NCBI RefSeq assembly: GCF_035285525.1 | Contig: NZ_JAYKGW010000108.1 | Span: forward strand, 1 to 32,000 | Length of the DNA: 32,000 nucleotides | Reading direction: 5' to 3' | Source of the DNA: Okeania sp. | Lineage (GTDB): Bacteria > Cyanobacteriota > Cyanobacteriia > Cyanobacteriales > Microcoleaceae | Shown: positions 24,203 through 31,435 of the stretch, piece after piece | Layout: the number at the start of each line of letters is the position of its first letter | How positions within the stretch are numbered: position 1 is the stretch's first letter | Notes under the pieces: generated by a model | What the model was told of the DNA's origin: nothing | The model's database searches: none | What the model saw: only the letters and a program-made list of their open reading frames with translations | Translations under genes and position numbers: made by a program

Positions 24203-25857
24203 GTGAAAAAAAAATGGCCTCCCTCAGCAAAAAAAAACAATTCTGCTGAGAAAGTAAAAGATACATCCCACTATAAAGCTCAATATATTCAGAGTTTTGT
24301 GTCCAAATGGGATGAGTTAATTGATTGGGAAACTAGAGCCAAAAGTGAAGGCAGCTTTTTTATTGACATTCTCAAACAGCATGGGGCTCAGAAAGTCTTA
24401 GATGTTGCCACAGGAACTGGTTTTCATTCGATTGGCCTCCGCCAAGCTGGTTTTGATGTTGTTAGTGCCGATGGTAGTCCAGAAATGTTAGCCCAAGCTT
24501 TTGCTAATGGTCGTGATTATGGCCTGATACTACAAACAGTACAAGCAGATTGGCGTTGGCTCAATCGTAATATTGATGGCAAGTTTGATGCAGTAATCTG
24601 TTTGGGGAACTCTTTTACTCACTTGTTCTCAGAACGCGATCGCCGGAAAGTTCTTGCTGAATTTTATGCGGCTTTGAAACACGATGGTATACTTATTTTA
24701 GATCAGCGTAACTATGACGCTATTATGGATGTAGGATTTTCCTCAAAGCACATCTACTATTATTGTGGTGAGAATATCAAAGCTGAACCAGAATATGTGG
24801 ATGACACTTTGGCAAGATTTCGGTATGAGTTCCCTGATCAATCAGTCTATCATTTGAATATGTTTCCTCTGCGGAAAAATTACACCCGACAGTTAATGTT
24901 GGAAGTGGGTTTTCAGCGGATTAAAACTTATGGTGACTTTCAGGAAACTTACCATCAAGAAGAGCAAGACTTTTTTATTCATGTGGCTGAAAAAAGTTAC
25001 GATAGCAAACTTTCAGAGAATAATACTATGGACTATTCCCCAACTGTTAATACTGCTCGTGAATACTATAACAGCGATAGTGCTGACAACTTTTATGCTA
25101 CCATGTGGGGCGGTGAAGACATTCACATAGGTATTTACCAGAGTGAAAATGAGTCAGTATTTGATGCTAGTCGTCGCACAGTAGAAAAAATTGCTTCTTT
25201 GCTAAATTTGAGTAAAGATAGCAAAGTTTTAGATATTGGTTCTGGATATGGAGGAGGCGCTCGTTATCTGGCTAAAACTTATGGTTGTCGGGTACATTTC
25301 TAAATTTAAGTGAAGCTCAAAATAAACGAAATCGTGAATTGAATGAGGAACAGGGTTTAACATCTCTAATTGAAGTGATTGATGGTAATTTTGAGGATAT
25401 TCCCTTAGAAGACAAAAGTGTAGATATTGTTTGGTCTCAAGATGCTATTCTTCATAGTGGAAATCGGATTCAGGTTTTCAAAGAAGTACAACGGGTACTA
25501 AAATCTGGTGGAGAATTTATTTTTACCGATCCCATGCAAAGTGATGATTGTCCGGAAGGAGTTCTGCAACCTGTTTTAGACCGCATTCATTTAACTTCTC
25601 TAGGTTCAATAGGTTTTTATCAGAAAATTGCAGATTTATCAGGTCTCCAAGAAGTTGAAGTTATCGATCTTTCGGAGCAGTTAGTCAACCACTACCAACG
25701 TATTCTCAAGAGCGTAGAGGAAAATCATGAAAAAGCTGTGGCAGCAAGTGGTGAGGAGTATATTGAACGGATGAAAACTGGTTTGAATCATTGGATAGAA
25801 GCAGGAAAGAAAGGTTATTTATGTTGGGGAATATTAAAGTTTGTTTGTCAAGATTAA
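24203..25857 (+). pseudogene. Fused glycine/sarcosine N-methyltransferase + sarcosine/dimethylglycine N-methyltransferase (betaine-type synthase), split by a 1-nt frameshift near 25292-25296
   Basis: The N-terminal half shows VLDVATGTGFHS, ADWRWLNR, CLGNSFTHLFSERDRRK, LRKNYTRQLMLEVGFQRIKTYGDFQ (GSMT-like). From aa ~270 it shows YYNSDSADNFYATMWGGEDIHIGIY, VLDIGSGYGGGARYLAKTYGCRV, then a stop. The next frame continues LNLSEAQNKRNRELNEEQGL, WSQDAILHSGNR, FTDPMQSDDCPEGVLQPVLDRIHL, GLNHWIEAGKKGYLCWGILKF (SDMT-like). Restoring one base after CGGGT gives YGCRVTFLNLSE. Confidence 0.85.
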
Positions 25858-25912
25858 ATATCATTAGAATTACGATTAATTTACTCCATCTCTAGACATT
25901 TAATATCAATCA

Positions 25913-26011
25913 ATAGACATCTCTAAAAATAAAAAAATCAATCCATTATCGGAGAGAAATTATCTATTCTTTCTTTCTATTTCCTACTCCTTCTTTTCTG
26001 GAGATGTCTAT
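25913..26011. repeat. ~100-bp element, copy 2 (downstream of the methyltransferase gene), with 11-bp terminal inverted repeats
   Basis: ATAGACATCTC (25913-25923) is the reverse complement of GAGATGTCTAT (26001-26011). The interior aligns with 23947-24047. Confidence 0.8.
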
Positions 26012-26016
26012 CTAAA

Positions 26017-26268
26017 TAGGGCTTGCGTATGGAGATATAAAAGCATTGACAGATAAAGCAGTAATTTATTTGTTGGGAAAAAGTACCAGCTTTTAGAGCA
26101 AAAAGGTTAAAAAAGATAGCACAAAAGGCTCACACAAGAGTAGAAAAATTAAGAGGTAATTCTTCCAACTAATTCCTCTATAAATCCTATTCCTATTAAA
26201 TTTCCCTCCTGGGAGGGGTTAGGGGTGGGTTTACTCCCTACTCCCTATTCCCTACTAACTACCTTAAC
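26017..26268. repeat. Second copy of the two-module repeat (module A direct at 26017-26098, module B inverted at 26155-26268)
   Basis: See 18421-18607. This copy also contains the perfect palindrome CCCTCC-TG-GGAGGG at 26204-26217. Confidence 0.7.
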
Positions 26269-26467
26269 CACCAGACTTTATTCAGCAAGGAAACCCTAAA
26301 TAGATATATAGATTGATAATTGGAGATGATATTATTTATGAGAAATTAACCATAATTCTTGAGTGGAACACCTAGAATACGGATGCTGCACAACCTTATG
26401 AAAATGATATTACGATTCTCTTAATCTTTTGATAATATCTTTCCACTTACAAAACTGGTAAATTAAA

Positions 26468-26571
26468 TAGGACTTACACGGGAGGAACCAGGTTTCTAGA
26501 ATAAATCGTTGTTTTCAGCAGTAATAATCTAACCTCGTACCGGGTTTCTGGGTTCATTTGCTTAAGTCCTA
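26468..26571. mobile_element. MITE, CAGGACTTAC family (104 bp)
   Basis: Ends are TAGGACTTACACGGGAGG and TTGCTTAAGTCCTA. TSD TTAAA at 26463-26467 and 26572-26576. Confidence 0.85.
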
Positions 26572-26653
26572 TTAAAGTCAAAACCATAATCCTTACTCAT
26601 AACTGATATCAAATCCGGTTAAACAGTTATAGATTCCTTAAGTCTTTAGGAAT

Positions 26654-26678
26654 CAGGAGTCAGGAGTCAGGAGTCAGG
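26654..26678. repeat. STRR heptamer array (CAGGAGT x 3.6)
   Basis: Read directly. Confidence 0.9.
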
Positions 26679-26759
26679 CTAAAATTGTTAGGTTTTGATT
26701 GATATTGGGAATACTAAAATTAAAGGTAATCAACATAACTAATATCAGCATATCAACTT

Positions 26760-26975
26760 ATGAATAAGAATCTAATATGGTTTTTTGTAATTCTAGCTAT
26801 AGTTTTTGTCACTGCTGGTGACAGTCTAGAATTTATGCCCAAACCTCTCCAAAATGCTAGTTTAGAAAGTCGTAAATTTGTGGTGGGATTATGGCCTCGT
26901 TGGTTGAAACCTAAAAATACTAATCAACGTACAGAAGAAGCACTAGAAAAGTTGGAAACTCCTGCTCAAAAATAA
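26760..26975 (+). CDS. Small membrane-anchored hypothetical protein
   Basis: 71 aa with an N-terminal hydrophobic segment (LIWFFVILAIVFVTAG) and a charged tail. I recognise no family. Confidence 0.4.
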   Translation: MNKNLIWFFVILAIVFVTAGDSLEFMPKPLQNASLESRKFVVGLWPRWLKPKNTNQRTEEALEKLETPAQK

Positions 26976-27322
26976 TAGTTTAAAAAAAGTAAGGGAAGAG
27001 AAAAATTTTAAAGTGGTAGTGGTCTACAAGTAGTGATTTTTGCAGTTTCACTCCTGACAGTCAAAGAGATTTGCTTCTAAATATCGGTACATCTACAACA
27101 CTACCCTTAAAGTTATATTATGTGTCTAAAATTTAACTAGGTTATACCAATTACTATGCATTAATCCTATAGTGAGCGCGATACTTAAACATCTCAATAG
27201 TTACCAAGATTAAAAGTCTGTTATGTAACAATTATTAGTCGGAAAGGTATAAATTTTTCCTATTTTTCCTTTCCCCACACTGACTACACGAACCACACTT
27301 TCTCACCGAATTAGATATAGGA

Positions 27323-27658
27323 TTATTTTTGAGAAATCGTATTAGGTACGTTTTCTATAATTAATATTTCTGGCTCAAAAACTCTAGCTATTTTGATTAA
27401 TTCTCTAAAAAGATTATTTCTAGAATATTTAGGTTCTCCACCATTTTTATTACAAATAGAATACCTTTGACAAGGAGGAATACTAATGATAATTTGTGGT
27501 TTATTATTACTCCAAATTGCTACAATATCTTTTTCATTTTCATTCTCCACCCCAAAATTGTGGGTTACTGATAAAAGTTCCTCTAATTTAGAGGTGAGGC
27601 GATCAAAAAATTTGAGAATGAAAATACCCTGCTTAAAAGGGGAGGCTTGAGATCTCAT
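27323..27658 (-). pseudogene. DNA (cytosine-5) methyltransferase fragment (motifs ~II-VI only)
   Basis: THNFG...DIVAI...PQIIISIPPCQRYS (motif IV, PCQ) and NLFRELIKIARVFEPEILIIENVPN (motifs V-VI, ENV). The motif I AdoMet loop and the whole C-terminal target-recognition half are absent. The apparent N-terminus is read from a repeat element. Confidence 0.7.
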
Positions 27659-28153
27659 TTTTTGGTCAGGAATTTTTACCTTACTCCTACCCTTAAATTT
27701 AAGGTAACAAATTTGTCAATGGTTATAATTACTTAAGCACCCACAGTTGTTCAAAATTAGTTTTTTTGAGATTTATTCATCCGTAGAAAAGGTATAAATT
27801 TTTGCACTCTATATTGACGAAAAATAGAAGGTTGTAGCTTTTTATAGGGAAAATTTATGATTTTTAAACACAACATTAGCACAATAAACTATGTATCCAG
27901 ATGATACCAAATCCCTGAAATAACGCAAGTAGGTGAAATATTTTGTAACAATTAGCCGAAATCAGATTTATTTTGATAAGCAGAAAAAATAATAATAGTT
28001 GATTATATTTTTTTTACTTATGTTTTGCGTTCTTGTGGGAAACTGTTTTTGAATTTTTTTATAGAAGAAGGCGATCGCAACTTCTGTAAGGAAGATTTTA
28101 AATAGGGAATCAACAGAATAAGTAATTAATTTTGCAAGATATAGGGCTGCGCG

Positions 28154-28205
28154 CAGGGAACAGGGAACAGGGAACAGGGAACAGGGAACAGGGAACAGGG
28201 AACAG
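28154..28205. repeat. STRR heptamer array (CAGGGAA x 7.4)
   Basis: Read directly. It is the longest STRR in the window and sits at the distal end of the decayed STAND duplication. Confidence 0.95.
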
Positions 28206-28238
28206 AAAGAATGAATCGCCGATAATATAAGGCTTTTA

Positions 28239-28695
28239 TCTATTAATCCTTGATTTTTTTAGCATTTTACGGGCTACATTTTCTGTTAAACCAGTTGACT
28301 GAAATTAACGTACTAAAGATTAATAATGATTGACAATTTATTTTATATAATATCTAAATACAGGTTTAACAATAAATAAAGTCGGATTTTCCTCTGAAAT
28401 TTTATCTATGAAATTTTGTCTTTCTCAGGATAGTAATATTTGAAATAATTCTGGTGATGATAGTTGGGATTTTTCTAATATTTGGGAAACAGAAACAGAT
28501 TTTTCTGCTTTGCTAAGTTGAGACAGTAATTGTTTTTCTCTTTTAGACAACCTTGGAAAATGTTGTTGTAAAATATTGGTTAATTCATCGGATAAAAATA
28601 GGGGTTGATAACTTAAATATTGAGCTACACTTCTACCAAATAATTTTTTGATTGTCTCTCCTATTAATTTTAACCATTACTGAAATCAACCTCCT
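28239..28695 (-). pseudogene. Degenerate tandem duplicate of the 3' part of the STAND NTPase gene
   Basis: 28298-28678 aligns with 28679-29050, and 28239-28314 aligns with 29098-29172 (same orientation). Translation of the copy gives WLKLIGETIKKLFGRSVAQYLSYQPLFLSDELTNILQQHFPRLSKREKQLL... with several stops. Confidence 0.8.
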
Positions 28696-30113
28696 CAGAT
28701 TAACAATGATTGACAATTTATTATTCTCAATATAGGTTTAACAATAAATAAAGTCGGATTTTCTTCTTTAATTTTATCTATCAAATTTCGTCTTTCTAAG
28801 GATAGTAATGTTTGAAATAATTCTGGTGATGATAATTGTAATTTTTCTAATATTTGGGAAACAGAAACAGATTTTTCTGTTTGGCTAAGTTGAGACAGTA
28901 ATTGTTTTTCTAATTGAGATAATCTTTGAAAATGTTGTTGTAAAATATTGGTTAATTCATCGGATAAAAATAGGGGTTGATAACTTAAATATTGAGCTAC
29001 ACTTCCACTAAATAATTTTTTGATTGTCTCTCCTATTAATTTTAACCATTGAGGATTACCTTGATAGAAATTTATCAACTCTTGCCATTTTTATTCATCT
29101 AATAATCCTTGATTTTTTAGCATTTTACGCCCTACCTTTTCTGTTAAACCAGTTAACTGAAATAAACGTACTGGTGAGTCTTTATCTGTAAAGTTGAAAA
29201 TTTCTAAAGGTGGTTCCCAAGTATTAAGAATTAAACAACTATTATGAGGAAGTTCGCCGATAATTTTTAGTAGGTTGCCATAGTTTTCATATCCTGGTTT
29301 ATAGTTACCGACAAGTTGTTCGCTATTTAGTATTTTTTGTAGATCATCAAGAATAATTAGACAACGTATCTCCCGTAATTTTTCTATCAGTATTGATAGT
29401 TGAGTATCCGTGTTATTCGGGAGGTTTATTTCTGTTACGTTGGAGATAGTTTCTATTAAGTTTTTGAGAGTTAGGTTTAAGGGTGGAGATGTGCGGAGGG
29501 TACGCCAGATAATACGGTCGAAGTTAGATTCTATTTGGGGGATGAGGTGACGAATAATGGTGCTTTTACCAATACCGCTGATTCCGGAAATGGTGATGAG
29601 GCGACAATGATGTTTGAGTATCCAGGTTTTGAGAGTAGTAAGTTCGGTGGAGCGATCATAGAATGTTTTTTTGATATTTGGTGCGTCTCGGAGGTCGAGT
29701 TTTGGCAGTGGGGTTTTATTTTCGTTTATTGTTTGTTTAGTGGGTGATTTTGATTGAGTTTCTTCTAGAGAGTTGGTGTTATCTGTACAGAGATTAATAT
29801 TACCTTTTACATAATTACTTTGTCGTCCGAAATTCAATATACTTGAAAAGTTAGAAATTTGATATCTTTCCATCGCAGCGAGGAAATTTGACTTACGAAT
29901 TTTTTCATTTAATTCCTGAGAAATAAGTTTCCATAAATTTGAAGCGACATTTCCCACATGAAATTTAGTGCAGCGATATTCTTTAGCAACCTTTGAGTAT
30001 TTTTCCCCTTGCCAAGTAGCGCGTAATATGGCTTTTTGCAGACTATCAAGATGTTTGCCAGTTTTATCGAAAACTATATCATCCACAAACCTTAAAACTT
30101 CATTAAGAGTCAT
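28695..30113 (-). pseudogene. HTH-STAND (NB-ARC/NACHT-like) NTPase, interrupted by an in-frame TAA at 29091-29093 and lacking a C-terminal repeat/sensor domain
   Basis: The N-terminal domain, LQKAILRATWQGEKYSKVAKEYRCTKFHVGNVASNLWKLISQELNEKIRKSNF, is common at the N-termini of cyanobacterial STAND/WD40 proteins. Walker A is GISGIGKST and Walker B is CLIILDDL. After the stop the same frame continues KWQELINFYQGNPQWLKLIGETIKK...RLSQLEKQLL (helical and winged-helix modules). Confidence 0.75.
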
Positions 30114-30363
30114 TGGTCAATATTGGTTAGGAATAAATTCCTATTGTATCCGATCTTTTCTTAATATTTAGGAAAAAATCTGATATTTTCTGATTGTTAT
30201 TTTGAGTCATAGATTATTTTTTCTGAGATTTGATTAGTAGTAGCTCTGATTATGTGTCGTAGTAAATTATTAGGTATTAGATTACTTGGCGAAACTGTAA
30301 AACTTTATTTTACATATAAGGAAGTAATCCGAATCAAAAAGTATTTGGAGAATATCTAACATA

Positions 30364-30861
30364 ATGAAAAATACAAATTTTCAATCTATTCTTCTATCTT
30401 TAGGCGTTATTTTATTGCCACTCACTGTTAGTAATTTAGTATTAGCAAACATTTCTGCTCAAGGATTAAAAACCACCTTAAATAGAACTTTATCAGGTAC
30501 ATACGACGAAGGAACTTGGGGAGGTAAAGGTAGTAACGAAACATGGAATCATTCATGGACAATGGTAGGTGATACAGTTGTTCAATTAAGTAATATTAAA
30601 GAAGTTGATGGTGAATTTACAGCCAATTTAAAAATAGCTTGGAAATGTAAACATACTAGAGAAGATTATAATTTTGCTGGTATCAGAAAAGGTAAATATG
30701 ATGATAGATATTCTGGTCATGTAACTGCTGAAGTTGCTGTGGGAAGTATAGCAGGTCAATCAAAGATTTTTGTAAACAATATCAATAACACATACCCAAA
30801 TTTTCGATGTGGAAATAGTCTTGTAAATAAACTCAAAAAGCTCAATCAATCTGAACTATAA
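30364..30861 (+). CDS. Secreted hypothetical protein
   Basis: 165 aa with an N-terminal signal-like segment (ILLSLGVILLPLTVSNLVLANISA) and two Cys in the mature part. It is divergent from the STAND gene. I recognise no family. Confidence 0.55.
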   Translation: MKNTNFQSILLSLGVILLPLTVSNLVLANISAQGLKTTLNRTLSGTYDEGTWGGKGSNETWNHSWTMVGDTVVQLSNIKEVDGEFTANLKIAWKCKHTREDYNFAGIRKGKYDDRYSGHVTAEVAVGSIAGQSKIFVNNINNTYPNFRCGNSLVNKLKKLNQSEL

Positions 30862-30891
30862 AATTGTAGAGATGCTAGCAGTATAGTTACT

Positions 30892-30991
30892 AAATATTGA
30901 TGGTTTTAACAAATATAAAATTTGTCAGATTTGCCGACTATATTGATTAGTCAAATTTTGGTAATTAATTAATCTTCCCGAAACCATTAAT
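30892..30991 (+). repeat. Upstream-element repeat, orphan copy 1
   Basis: It contains AAATATTGA...AAATATAAAATTTGTCAGATTTGCC. The last 50 bp (30942-30991) are identical to 31117-31166. No ORF follows. Confidence 0.8.
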
Positions 30992-31047
30992 ATTTAGTAA
31001 TTCTAAAAAGTAATGTTTTCGGAGATAAGTAAATTAACAGGAGTGTC

Positions 31048-31166
31048 AAATATTGACGAATTTATTATTATTGATTTTTTTAAATAAAGATAAAATTTGT
31101 CATATTTGCTAGCTGCATTGATTAGTCAAATTTTGGTAATTAATTAATCTTCCCGAAACCATTAAT
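31048..31166 (+). repeat. Upstream-element repeat, orphan copy 2
   Basis: It contains AAATATTGA...AGATAAAATTTGTCATATTTGCT...ATTGATTAGTCAAATTTTGGTAATTAATTAATCTTCCCGAAACCATTAAT. No ORF follows. Confidence 0.8.
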
Positions 31167-31346
31167 GCTGAATATATTCGTTAGTTAAACTTTCTATCTC
31201 ATCTATCAAGGTCTAAAGTTAGATATATCAAATTTAGTATTAGTTATGGTAGACAAATTTTGATGAATCTATATCAACAGTAAAAGTGATGATATTTACC
31301 CACCTTACTTATTACTGTAGACCAGTAAGCAGTAAATAAATTTAGC

Positions 31347-31435
31347 AAATATTGATTTGATTAATAAATATAAAACTTGTCAGGTTTGCTAACTACATCT
31401 ATCACCATAAACATTCATATTTAAGGATAAATATA
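31347..31435 (+). repeat. Upstream-element repeat, copy 3, leading into the gene at 31436
   Basis: AAATATTGA...AAATATAAAACTTGTCAGGTTTGCTAAC, then unique sequence with AAGGA at 31423-31427 before the ATG. Confidence 0.75.

Noticed and set aside
24930-25130. 66-aa alternative-frame ORF inside the methyltransferase gene
   Set aside because: The main frame has continuous GSMT/SDMT homology through this region, so the alternative frame is spurious.
27000-28240. Functional restriction-modification system
   Set aside because: Only a ~110-codon C5-methyltransferase fragment remains. There is no AdoMet motif I, no target-recognition domain, and no endonuclease ORF on either strand.
29535-30171. Plus-strand ORFs 29535-29747 and 29968-30171
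   Set aside because: Both are antisense to the STAND NTPase gene, and I recognise no motifs.
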